Origin: Candidatus Latescibacterota bacterium | GTDB lineage: Bacteria; Latescibacterota; UBA2968; UBA8231 | Assembly: GCA_965203175.1 (NCBI GenBank) | Contig: OZ241867.1 | Span: 6,144,001-6,208,000, forward strand | Reading direction: 5' to 3' | Length of the DNA stretch: 64,000 bases | Shown: piece after piece, positions 20,701-29,342 of the stretch | Position numbering within the stretch: the stretch's first letter is position 1 | Layout of the letters: each line of letters begins with the position of its first letter | The notes under the pieces: generated by a model | Database searches by the model: none | The model's input: the letters and a program-made list of their open reading frames with translations, nothing else | Told to the model about the DNA's origin: nothing | Position numbers and translations under genes: made by a program

Positions 20701-20891
20701 ACTTTGAACAGTACGACGCAGTGTTGATGATGACGAACAATTCCCAGTATTTCGGTTACATCATTTCCACCAACGCGGGCATCGGTCGCCGCGTCAAGAA
20801 ATTCGACGATCCAACTCGGGGTGAGACAAAGGACGAAGATTTCACCTCCGCTTTTATTAATGTGATCCTAGGATTCGTAGATGAAACCTAA
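17778..20891 (+). CDS. Large exported hypothetical protein, probable outer-membrane beta-rich protein (paralog 3 of 3)
   Basis: GAGG RBS before ATG 17778; signal peptide ends AFA-Q. Shares RSKFTPLTF..GLRID, EDNDDNDRYPD, FPGLDED, RENDIQPDLPYD, NNSQYFGY. Confidence 0.7.
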   Translation: MVFRVLRNILTATKILWVGACGLALLLFLCTGAFAQEVEDSPEHPRLGPPRLLLDQPYIGQFGQEYYQNYGFEDYSRQPPTTSNLRNFYNSLGDPLLYGTESIRWVERQGLGVRRGFSSQSERFSHGQAPGSSYGSLFNYVIVGTDGTDAWQARAIYANELRSKFTPLTFKMANVDGLRIDVGTEQDKFSAIASNLVPNNTFIVNTMMLGTHYERKLGFLNFGTTFLNAHQFEPRMESGHRTLKGVVGAVQRSTALVAIRISDGSPQDGSGGPVLHGVKVFVNGIHRPEADPFVIRLRARGAERQSYMAGLLRSGDRRPLPELDNDYQAINRGAVWNTYDPYINYASFDTDVFYRGYEFPFWIDHLFYRDFKLYGADHVLNADEEISVNSEFAHELSEFDPTTNPEGQFLGLHTLADLPQTFDGEEYGILYVDLEPFQEQITSVNIELALANDYHVEVSEIDLSGEAGDMPNPNYRDRYNYATFFRTVATTPGNPQDGRVRTVRVKVGAPTGLSIYSANVYGVLKGFEINGEFSRSNSFYQYASGMPAPRVPSEALSVNALNREQFPGTRSTIADNAYYLTIKRDFDRLGLGAELFSMGALYNTELRTYIGRSENNFGSLVAYNNVYLHRLVEDNDDNDRYPDSWYTNRPTIFQGQSDIDGIFPGLDEDRDGIPDTNRNFNGTPDYLEPFLMYDSDPQVYDYGLDLNHNDFIDVRENDIQPDLPYDPGLRGRHLYGTCEPIHRARITLGVMDAEQIAANDPSDFYYGNLGYERQIPALGQFFGVLSVERVEDGVADPLSIYSDEVLTPAQQLDREFAGLQRNIQLSPFLEEPRDDPLLFKNSTYTRMFVDARWKAVPNLKVHNKVKYEINSQHEGELYDGTFQQGNRLSRLTMVHKADYLWQIRPRLGLFSGLKFRYLKERQKTDDLTTAQERHIIPLLKLQYELTLRTRFQLGIQGLGMALPYSVTDEIQPINDFEQYDAVLMMTNNSQYFGYIISTNAGIGRRVKKFDDPTRGETKDEDFTSAFINVILGFVDET

Positions 20892-20916
20892 TCGGCAGTT
20901 TGGGAGATAAAGCGCT

Positions 20917-23900
20917 ATGAATCTGACCCTAATAGTAGGCTTGCTCACTATAGCCGGAGCGTACTTTGCCGCCCGTACGCCGAGCGAAGAAGAACTGGTG
21001 GCCTCATTTCAAGAAGCCCAGCGGTTCTATGCCGAAGGTGCCTATGACCAAGCTATTGTAGAATACACGGCCGTTACTCGGGTGCAGAGCAAGGTCCTAA
21101 CTGTCCAGAACATAGAGGTGATGGTTGGTGAGGAACGTTTCCCCCTCAGGGATGCTGCGCTCTACCAAATCGGCAACGCCCATTCAAAGCTCTATCAGGA
21201 CTACACCCGCTTTGCGGAAGAGACTCCTAACGACGAAAAAAGGGCTGAATACCAAGCCCTGTCAGATAGCACTTTTGCCCGGGCTGTGGCCGAATTCCGC
21301 CACGTGATCGAAACAGCTACCAGTCAGGTGCTCCGGATTCGGGCCCACAGCCGACTCATTGATCTTTTTTTTACGGCTAAAGCCTATCCCGAAGTGATCG
21401 CCGCATCCCAAGAGATGATCGCCAACTATCCCAACAGTTCCCAAATAGCGAATGCTTACTACAACACGGGATGGGCCCACTACGAGACCAAAAACTATGA
21501 TCGCGCCATCCAATCTTTTGAGGCCCTGCTGGTGCGCTTTTCTACCGGCTACCAGTCCGATCGCAGCCTCTTTCAAATTGGCGAGTGCTATCGGGAACAG
21601 GGGGATTGTCTGCGGGCTATCGGCTACTACCGCCGCTTAGTGGAGCGCCAGCGCATCGAAACGCTCACCGAAGATGAACTGTTGCAGATGAAGCGAGAAA
21701 AGATGGCGGGTCTGGTGGATGAGACAGCCCTGGAACTGGCGGCCAAGGCCATGATTCGCGTCGGGAGCTGTTACGCCCAGTTGGGCAGTTTCGCGGAAGG
21801 GCTCCAAGCCTATCATCGCGTCATTGACCTATTCAGCACCGAGCGCAGTCTGGTAGAAGAAGCCTATTTGCGCATGGCCGACCTGTATCGGGAACAGGGG
21901 AACCTAGATGCGGCGCTGCAGACCTATCGCGAAGCCATCGATCAGTCGCAAGACCGCACCCTAAAAGCGCGCATCCAGTATGCCCTTGCCGAACGCCTGT
22001 TTAGTCAGGAGCTTTACGAGCAGGCGATTCAAGAATACCGGATTTATCTCCAAGGCTACGGCGACATCGCGCGAGTGGCCGGTTTTAGCCAAGATCGCGT
22101 GCGCTACCGAATCGGCAGCAGCCATCAACAGTTAGGTCAACAGTATCTGGAGGCGGGCAACAGACCAGCGGCCACTGGGCAGTTAGAGCACGCCATTGCC
22201 CAGTACGACACTTTGTACGACGCTGCTGGTTCCTACGTCCTAGATTCCCAGTTCAACCGCGCCCTAGCCCATCAAGCATTAGCCACCGCTTCATCGGTAG
22301 CGTACGCCCGCACCGCGTACGAAACGATTATCCAAGAGGACCAAGAAGCAGGCTATACCCAACGGGCACTGGTACAACTAGCCGAGCTGCTATTTGAGCA
22401 GGGCCAGTATGCCGATGCGGCCGAACAGGCGGAGCAGTTGTTGCGCACTTATGTAGACAGTGAATTCACAAACGAAGCCCTGATGCGTTTGGCTCTTTCC
22501 CGCCAGGCCGAAGGGGACCTGGACCAGGCCGGCGTCGCCTTCCTGCGGGTCGCTCCAGAGTCGCCCTATTTTGTTCAAGCGCGTATAGGCGGCGGGCATG
22601 TCTTTTTGACACAGGGTACGCACTCTGAGGCCATAGCCGCCCTCGAACCGGCTTTTGACCAAATAGAGGATGAAAAACAGCTTGGCAGCTATCACTATTT
22701 GCTGGGGCAGGCTTATAGCGGACAGGAAGAATATCGTCGGGCGATCACTCATTTTACCGAGGCTTTGGGACTGTCGCTAGATAGCAAACTAGTAGAGGCC
22801 CTCCACTTGAGTCGCAGCAATGCCGCCTTTGCCGTGGAGGACTACCAACAAGGTGAGCAAGATCTGCACTGGATCATTGAGAACGTGGAGGAGGAGGAAA
22901 AAGTCCGCTTTGCCCGCAATGCGCTAGCGTTTTCTTATATCAAACAGAACCGGGGCGGAGATGCGGTCCAAGTGTTGGATGAAATGGTCGCCCAAGCCGA
23001 TGGCCCGAAGGAAAAGGCAGACCTGCTCAATCGCATGATGGATCTCCACTACGACCAAGACAACTATCCGCAGACAGTGCGCACAGCCCGGCAACTGCTG
23101 ACCCTAGACTTTGCCGACGAAAGCGCCTCCGGAGCGAACGGCATTCAGGAAAAAGCCTATTTCATCTTAGGAGACGCATTGTTGCGTTTGGGACGGAACG
23201 CAGAGGCTATTGACGTTTTTAACCAAGCGCTGAACGCATATCCGAATTCACGCTTTGCTCAGGATATGCAGTTGGCTCTCGGCACACACTATTTTTCTCA
23301 GGAGAAGCTCGACCGGGCCGTAGAGATATTCACCCAATTAAAGGACACCAAGCTGAATCCAGAGAAGGCCCTGTTGGTTTCGTTTTATCTGGCTAACGCC
23401 CACTATAGCCTGCGTGAATTCGCGCAAGCACAGGTGCTTTTCCAGCAGCTATTAGCAGATTACCCCAATGCACGCGAACTGCCCGATATTCTCTTCGGGC
23501 TAGCGGAAAGCTTTTACCAACAAGGTCAATACGCAGAGGCCATCGTCTACTACCAGCGCCTCCTCGGCGAATTCCCAGACGAGCCTTCCGCCGACGACTC
23601 CCAGTACAACATGGCCTGGTGCCTTATCGAGCTCAAGCGCGAAAAGCAAGCCATGCAGGCATTCCGCACGCTGCTAGCGCGTTATCCCCAGAGCGAGTTC
23701 GCCGCTTCGGTTCAGTTCACCTTCGGAGATTACGCGTACAATCGCGGCGACTACCAGGAGGCAATGCGGTTATACTTACTCGTGCAGGAACGTTTTCCCA
23801 CTGCTGAGGTGGCGTCTCAGGTACCCCGGCTGGTCGCCGAACTCAGGGAGGCCATCGCGTATGAACGCTACGAACAAGGCATCGCCCTGATGGACTCGGC

Positions 23901-24159
23901 CGAAGTGACCAAGGAAACTCAATACTATCAACAGGCCGTGGAGATTTTTCAGGATGTGATCGACAATTATCCCGGCACCGAGAGCGAAGTCGGCGCGCTG
24001 AGCAATATGGGAGTCTGCTTAGAGGGGCTGGGGAAATGGCAGCAGGCCGTAGAAGTGTACGACCGCGTGATTCAATTGTTCGAGGATAAACGCGCCACTA
24101 GGGATGCCTTTCTATTTGCCCAATCCCACCGGGATTGGATCATCTCCACCCGGCTCTGA
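20917..24159 (+). CDS. Large tetratricopeptide-repeat protein (BamD/CpoB-like TPRs) with N-terminal hydrophobic anchor or signal
   Basis: 1080 aa of A-x-Y-x-x-G...YP-x-S-type TPR units, e.g. LLADYPNARELPDILFGLAESFY and LLARYPQSEFAASVQFTFG. Confidence 0.85.
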   Translation: MNLTLIVGLLTIAGAYFAARTPSEEELVASFQEAQRFYAEGAYDQAIVEYTAVTRVQSKVLTVQNIEVMVGEERFPLRDAALYQIGNAHSKLYQDYTRFAEETPNDEKRAEYQALSDSTFARAVAEFRHVIETATSQVLRIRAHSRLIDLFFTAKAYPEVIAASQEMIANYPNSSQIANAYYNTGWAHYETKNYDRAIQSFEALLVRFSTGYQSDRSLFQIGECYREQGDCLRAIGYYRRLVERQRIETLTEDELLQMKREKMAGLVDETALELAAKAMIRVGSCYAQLGSFAEGLQAYHRVIDLFSTERSLVEEAYLRMADLYREQGNLDAALQTYREAIDQSQDRTLKARIQYALAERLFSQELYEQAIQEYRIYLQGYGDIARVAGFSQDRVRYRIGSSHQQLGQQYLEAGNRPAATGQLEHAIAQYDTLYDAAGSYVLDSQFNRALAHQALATASSVAYARTAYETIIQEDQEAGYTQRALVQLAELLFEQGQYADAAEQAEQLLRTYVDSEFTNEALMRLALSRQAEGDLDQAGVAFLRVAPESPYFVQARIGGGHVFLTQGTHSEAIAALEPAFDQIEDEKQLGSYHYLLGQAYSGQEEYRRAITHFTEALGLSLDSKLVEALHLSRSNAAFAVEDYQQGEQDLHWIIENVEEEEKVRFARNALAFSYIKQNRGGDAVQVLDEMVAQADGPKEKADLLNRMMDLHYDQDNYPQTVRTARQLLTLDFADESASGANGIQEKAYFILGDALLRLGRNAEAIDVFNQALNAYPNSRFAQDMQLALGTHYFSQEKLDRAVEIFTQLKDTKLNPEKALLVSFYLANAHYSLREFAQAQVLFQQLLADYPNARELPDILFGLAESFYQQGQYAEAIVYYQRLLGEFPDEPSADDSQYNMAWCLIELKREKQAMQAFRTLLARYPQSEFAASVQFTFGDYAYNRGDYQEAMRLYLLVQERFPTAEVASQVPRLVAELREAIAYERYEQGIALMDSAEVTKETQYYQQAVEIFQDVIDNYPGTESEVGALSNMGVCLEGLGKWQQAVEVYDRVIQLFEDKRATRDAFLFAQSHRDWIISTRL

Positions 24160-24177
24160 GTGGAAGGTCGCATAACA

Positions 24178-24738
24178 ATGGAAATGCGTTTCAAACAACG
24201 CTGGCACTTCGTTATTCTGGGTAGTGCCTTGATACTGGCCTCTAGCCAGCTTCTCCATGCCCAAGCAGGGACGGATAACCAGCCCAAGGCGACCGCTATA
24301 TCTCATTCTCAGGCCATCGCCCTTTCGGTCGCCTTTCCGGGTTTGGGACAACTGGCTGCTGGGCATCGAATCAAGGGCACGGCACTAGTGGCAACCGGTA
24401 TCGCAACTATAGTGGGGTGGCTCACATCGCACGCTGATTACAATACGCAGACCAATCAGTTTGCCTTAGAAAAAGAACGCTATCTTTCGCTGCAAAACGG
24501 AGGCTCCTTTGACGCGGCGGAAAAAAGCTGGCGACGGCTCGGCAACTTAAAATCCGATCTGGACGGCTCCCATATCCGTCGCCGCTTATTCGGCGTCTTA
24601 GCCGTGGGTGTCTACGGCTACAATTTGCTCGATGTCCTGCTGTTAGATGGAGCGTCTCCCGCTGCGAAGCGGCGAATGCGCATCGCGCCATTGCCACAGA
24701 CCAGAACATCAGGCGTCTTACTGGTTGCCCAGTTTTAG
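24178..24738 (+). CDS. DUF5683-like exported/membrane protein
   Basis: Signal peptide; LSVAFPGLGQLAAGHRIKG and VYGYNLLD motifs; C-terminal Phe. Confidence 0.6.
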   Translation: MEMRFKQRWHFVILGSALILASSQLLHAQAGTDNQPKATAISHSQAIALSVAFPGLGQLAAGHRIKGTALVATGIATIVGWLTSHADYNTQTNQFALEKERYLSLQNGGSFDAAEKSWRRLGNLKSDLDGSHIRRRLFGVLAVGVYGYNLLDVLLLDGASPAAKRRMRIAPLPQTRTSGVLLVAQF

Positions 24739-24762
24739 CATCTGGTCTAGGAGAAACTGGAT

Positions 24763-25134
24763 ATGGAAACCCGAATTTATCTCTTACTCGGTCTGCTGAT
24801 CTGGGGGTGCAGCAACGACACGGAACTACCTATGCAATACCATCGGGGATATCTTGCGCAGCCTACCAATGTGGAAGCGGTAGCCGAAGAAGACAAGATT
24901 ATGGTTTCATGGCATCTGGATTCAGCAGCCAATGTGTCCGGTTTTGTCATTAGCTTCACCGATTCGATTGGAGTCGTGCAAACGCGCTCGTTGGAAGATA
25001 CAGAGGCGAGGTCCTATGAGGAGACAGACCTAGATCTGAGCCCAGGAGTCTGGTATCTGATCCAGGTGTGGGCGGTGGATGCCCGCCTATTTTTCGGACC
25101 GCGCTCGGCAGTAGATACGTTGGCGGTTTTTTAA
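24763..25134 (+). CDS. Fibronectin type III domain lipoprotein
   Basis: Lipobox LIWGC. PTNVEA...VSW...GF...LSPGVWYLIQVWAVD is an FN3 pattern. Confidence 0.75.
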   Translation: METRIYLLLGLLIWGCSNDTELPMQYHRGYLAQPTNVEAVAEEDKIMVSWHLDSAANVSGFVISFTDSIGVVQTRSLEDTEARSYEETDLDLSPGVWYLIQVWAVDARLFFGPRSAVDTLAVF

Positions 25135-25175
25135 ACTGCCTCTTCCGAGCATGAACTTAGCAGGAGTGGCGTAGT

Positions 25176-26411
25176 ATGGTCTCAGACCTAGGCCGTTTTC
25201 AAGCGCCAAGTGATCAGTTAAACTTTAACCGCCTCCTGCGGGAAACCCTCAAATACACCGTCTGGGGGTTACTCATCGGTGCGGGACTGATCGCCGGGGT
25301 CTTCGTCTATTGGCTATTGAGTGTCGAGGAGCGCGACGCGCCGGAACCGGCGTTGACCCGACTCATCATTCGCAAACCTAGGGCGACCAAGACTTTTGCG
25401 CTCAAGCGTCAACGGCTCCGGCCACGAGCCCTCACCAAACAGGTCACGGCACTCAAGCCGCGGCTGTCCACGCCGGCGGCTCCGCGCCTCAAAGGCTCCA
25501 GTGTTTTCGGCAATGTCCAGACGTTCGAATACGCCCTGCAAGCAGACGTGCCAATCAACCTGAAGACTAGCTCCATCGAATTGTCCGCTGCTAAGATCAC
25601 CGGCACCAAAGATCCGGAGAAGCGCATTGCCATGCGCGAGGAATTGATCGATCTGAACGCGCTGGATACGGGTAAATACAAGGGTCTCATCATCCAGGAC
25701 CCGACCGACCGCCGCAAAGTCAAGGGGTTCGTCTATCTGGGTACGGCTTGGGCCAACGACCTAAAGCCAACGTTTGACAGCGCTGCCAAGGCCATCCCCA
25801 ACCTAGTCGACGCCCTCAACGAACAGACGGGCATCTCGGCCAGAGTGGACGCGCATTTATTTATCGATTCTCAAGAACTGTTTCGCACGCCTTTTGTATA
25901 TATCACCGCTACTGAGGCCTTTGAACTGACGGAACGCGAACTAGAGAATCTAGGGAAATATTTGCGGCAGGGCGGGTTCATCTTCGTCGACAATGCCAAT
26001 CCCACCACAGAATTCAGTCAGGGGGAGGCGTCTCTGCGACGCATCTTCCGCGGTGCCTTAGGGGCGCAAGGCCAACTGCGGCCCATTTCCAACAACCATC
26101 CGATCTACCACACCTTTTACGATTTTGACGGCCCGCCAGTGGGTTCCGAACTGGAGATTCCCAGCTTCTCCGAACAGCGCAGCCTTGACCACTTAGTCAT
26201 CGCCGAGCAATCGTATTACCTAGAGGGTGTTTTCCTAGATGATCGCCTGGTAGCCATGTACTCCGACAAGGGATACGTCCATACTTGGGCACGCAATTAC
26301 GGCAATGAACCACAGTTGCGATTTGGCATCAATGCCGTCATTTTTGCCCTGACGCAGGAAGGATCTATCGCCCAGCAGCAGATTGATTTCTTCAGTCAAC
26401 GGGGCCAATAA
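25176..26411 (+). CDS. DUF4159 domain protein with N-terminal TM and Pro/Lys/Arg-rich stalk
   Basis: One TM near residues 27-48, basic linker, then PFVYIT...ENLGKYLRQGGFIFVDN...HPIYHTFYDF...RFGINAVIFALT. Confidence 0.8.
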   Translation: MVSDLGRFQAPSDQLNFNRLLRETLKYTVWGLLIGAGLIAGVFVYWLLSVEERDAPEPALTRLIIRKPRATKTFALKRQRLRPRALTKQVTALKPRLSTPAAPRLKGSSVFGNVQTFEYALQADVPINLKTSSIELSAAKITGTKDPEKRIAMREELIDLNALDTGKYKGLIIQDPTDRRKVKGFVYLGTAWANDLKPTFDSAAKAIPNLVDALNEQTGISARVDAHLFIDSQELFRTPFVYITATEAFELTERELENLGKYLRQGGFIFVDNANPTTEFSQGEASLRRIFRGALGAQGQLRPISNNHPIYHTFYDFDGPPVGSELEIPSFSEQRSLDHLVIAEQSYYLEGVFLDDRLVAMYSDKGYVHTWARNYGNEPQLRFGINAVIFALTQEGSIAQQQIDFFSQRGQ

Positions 26412-26419
26412 GAGAGGTA

Positions 26420-27178
26420 ATGGCCATGCATTTGGGAATTATGCTAATGTTATTCGCGTCCGGCTGTAGCTTTTTTATTCCGCCGACCATTCTGTACAAA
26501 AACGAGCTGATACCCCGTTCTTCCCAAGGCGCTGAGGAACAGTATCTCGTGGGTGACGATGGGTCGGTCGCGTATGCTATAGAGGGCCTGCGCGTCAAGG
26601 TGGAACCGATGACGGATGATCAATTGAATGCACTGTTGCCCGAGGATTCGAGCAAAGGGAAGTTCTCGACGAATCCCTACACCTACGGCAATTGGATTGA
26701 TCCACTGTTGGGTTACCGGCCCAAGCGTTTTACGGTTTTTCGCGTTACGGTTATCAACGATATCTATGCCAAAGTCCTGCTCGATCCAATCAAAGCGCTG
26801 CTCTATACCGACCAGGGCGAGGCCCTGCATTCCTATGGTCTGCCATCTTTTTCGCCGCACAAAAGTTTTGAGCGCTACTACCGAGCCATTCGGGGTCAGA
26901 GCGGCAACGAATTTTATCGCTTTGACCTGCGCATGGGCAATGCGCGTAGCACGGCCTATATAGAAAACCAAAAGGTGTTCAAAGGAGAGAAATATTCAGG
27001 GCTCATCGCCTTCGATCCACTAAACGAGGAAGTCAGCCAAGTGCGCCTAGTGCTCAAAGATTTTGTCCTGAAATTCGACGCCTCCGGACAGCCGCTGGAA
27101 ACCGTGGATATCGCCCTCGAGTTCGATCAAAAGATCGCAACCGAGAAAGTGCGGCAAGCGGAGGCCACGAACAGGTAG
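26420..27178 (+). CDS. Hypothetical lipoprotein
   Basis: Lipobox LFASGC; GAGAGG RBS; lies within the operon. Confidence 0.7.
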   Translation: MAMHLGIMLMLFASGCSFFIPPTILYKNELIPRSSQGAEEQYLVGDDGSVAYAIEGLRVKVEPMTDDQLNALLPEDSSKGKFSTNPYTYGNWIDPLLGYRPKRFTVFRVTVINDIYAKVLLDPIKALLYTDQGEALHSYGLPSFSPHKSFERYYRAIRGQSGNEFYRFDLRMGNARSTAYIENQKVFKGEKYSGLIAFDPLNEEVSQVRLVLKDFVLKFDASGQPLETVDIALEFDQKIATEKVRQAEATNR

Positions 27179-27186
27179 CCAACCCA

Positions 27187-28122
27187 TTGCGTTTGCTAAC
27201 CATTTTATTCTTTTGCACTTGGGTAGGTCCCAACCTCCTGGTGCTCGACGTGGCAATCGCTGCCGAGGGGCCGCTGCCGACCTTGCGCCTTGCCCTGCTC
27301 GATTTTGAAGACCGGGCCGGCTTTCAGGCGGAATGGCATTTGTCTAGGGATGTACCCGATTTGCTGGGTCGATATCTGGATGCAGACGATGCGGTCTCTG
27401 TCATTCTGCCAAAAGAAGTAGAGGCCGTTCAACTAAACAAACAGTTCGAAAAATACCAGGGCATTGACCGGGCTGTGCGGTTAGGGCAATTCTTGGATGC
27501 CGACGTGGTCATTACCGGTGTCGTGGAGAAGATGGGCATGCGCCGAGTGACAGTGGGGAATCCCAATCTGGCTGGCTATAAATCCTACAATTCAGTGATC
27601 CACCTCAGCCAAGTACAGCTAATCAGAGTGGCGACCGGAAAAATAGTCGAGACCTTTGAAACGCGCAGAGACTCCACGGAAAAGTCGTACGGCCTAGATC
27701 TGTTCGGCCGGCCGCGCCAACAGGATCGGATATTCCGCGAACTCTTCAAGGTTGACTTCGGTTCCGAGCGTTTTTTTGATTTGACCTTTGGCAAACTCGT
27801 CGATGTCGCTTTCAGAGACCTCAGCAGCCAAATGATTACGAGTCTGACGGAGCGCCCCCCCATCGACCTTTCCGGCGAGCAGGCCCAGGTCCTAGCGGTC
27901 GAAGCCGACGAGGTGTATCTAGGCATCGGCATTTTGGATCGCGTCGAGTACGGCGATGTCCTGCCGCTGTATGATAAAGAGGTCCGAATTGCTCTAGTCA
28001 GAGTGCATCAGCTCATCGGGCCGCACTTATGCAAGGCCGAGGTTGTTGAGAAATTCGGTGTCATTGACACTGGTTTGCGCATAGGACAGCGCTTATCTAG
28101 AAACGCCAAAGAAGACGATTAA
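27187..28122 (+). CDS. CsgG/FlgT-like (TolB-N fold) exported protein
   Basis: LALLDFED...AVRLGQFLDADVVITGVV...QLIRVATGKIV, plus a FlgT-C-like tail VLAVEADEVYLGIG...GD. Confidence 0.6.
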   Translation: MRLLTILFFCTWVGPNLLVLDVAIAAEGPLPTLRLALLDFEDRAGFQAEWHLSRDVPDLLGRYLDADDAVSVILPKEVEAVQLNKQFEKYQGIDRAVRLGQFLDADVVITGVVEKMGMRRVTVGNPNLAGYKSYNSVIHLSQVQLIRVATGKIVETFETRRDSTEKSYGLDLFGRPRQQDRIFRELFKVDFGSERFFDLTFGKLVDVAFRDLSSQMITSLTERPPIDLSGEQAQVLAVEADEVYLGIGILDRVEYGDVLPLYDKEVRIALVRVHQLIGPHLCKAEVVEKFGVIDTGLRIGQRLSRNAKEDD

Positions 28123-28154
28123 AACTTTTCTCTTGCCAACAAGGAGCGATAGCC

Positions 28155-28901
28155 ATGTGGGAAATAATTCAAAGTGGCGGACCGATGATGGTGCCCCTCA
28201 TCGCCTGTGCGATTCTAGCCCTTGCCTATTCGATTGAACGCCTGTGGATCTTCAGTCAATTGCCCACCTCGGAAGAAGCCCAAACTGAGCTCGATCGGCT
28301 CGAAACCGCGCTGCGCAACCGCGGCGAACAAGCCGTCGTCGAAGAGTGCAACCAAGGCAAGGGGCTGCTCAATTACGTCTTTGCTTCGCTGTTGAAACGA
28401 TACGATACGCTGATGATCGAACAGCGGGAATTCAAAGACACCAACGAGGAGATCATCCGGCTAGCCGACGCCGGCGGCGGCGGGCAGGTCAGCCGGTTTA
28501 TGGTCATGCAGCGGGAACTGGCCGATCTCAAAGACGAACTGGTCATTCAGACCGAGGCTGCCGCCCGAACCTATTTGGGCAAGAATCTGGCGATCCTGAA
28601 TACCATCGGCAACATAAGCCCCTTGCTGGGCTTGCTCGGCACCATTATGGGGATGATCATCGCCTTTGAGTCCATCGCCACCGCCGGGGCCGGCGACCCC
28701 AAAGTCGTCGCGGGCGGTATTTCCCAAGCTTTGGTCACCACCGCATCGGGGCTGATCGTGGCCATCCCAACGATTGTCTTGTATCGCTATCTAGCGCGCA
28801 AAGCAGACAATCTACTCGAAGACGCTGAGATGTACGGCCATGCCTTTGCCAATGCGCTGATCACGACCGGACAGCGCCAACAATACGAAACGACCGAGTA
28901 G
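28155..28901 (+). CDS. exbB: MotA/TolQ/ExbB proton channel family protein
   Basis: GGPMMVPL; ISPLLGLLGTIMGMIIAF; GISQALVTTASGLIVAIP. Confidence 0.9.
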   Translation: MWEIIQSGGPMMVPLIACAILALAYSIERLWIFSQLPTSEEAQTELDRLETALRNRGEQAVVEECNQGKGLLNYVFASLLKRYDTLMIEQREFKDTNEEIIRLADAGGGGQVSRFMVMQRELADLKDELVIQTEAAARTYLGKNLAILNTIGNISPLLGLLGTIMGMIIAFESIATAGAGDPKVVAGGISQALVTTASGLIVAIPTIVLYRYLARKADNLLEDAEMYGHAFANALITTGQRQQYETTE

Positions 28902-28925
28902 CTCCCGCCGGGAGGAGTCAACCTG

Positions 28926-29342
28926 ATGGCTAGACATCGCAAAGATCGTCCCGAGAGCTTTCTGGCCGAAGGCGGTCCGGATATGACGCCTTTGATCGAC
29001 TGCGTGTTTTTGCTGCTGATTTTTTTCATGGTCACCACGGTGTTTCTCCACACCAAAGGGCTAGAAGTGGACATGCCAGCCCAAAGCGAGGCTACGGAAG
29101 AAAAAAAGAAAGATATCAACGTCTTGGTCGATCGCGACGGCCAGATTCAGATCAAGGGCGAGGCCGTGCAGCCGACGGCCTTGGCGGCACGGCTGGTCAC
29201 GGCCATGGACGAGGCCAATAACGACAATATCATCATTCAGGCCGACGGCGAGTGCGCTCAGAAACACGTCGTGTTTGTGGTGGATAGAGCCAAGGAGGTT
29301 GGGGTTGAGGGCATCGCTTTTGTGCGGGAACGGGAGGAGTGA
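28926..29342 (+). CDS. exbD: Biopolymer transporter ExbD/TolR, copy 1
   Basis: MTPLIDCVFLLLIFFMVTT with the conserved TM Asp; IIIQAD. Confidence 0.9.
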   Translation: MARHRKDRPESFLAEGGPDMTPLIDCVFLLLIFFMVTTVFLHTKGLEVDMPAQSEATEEKKKDINVLVDRDGQIQIKGEAVQPTALAARLVTAMDEANNDNIIIQADGECAQKHVVFVVDRAKEVGVEGIAFVREREE

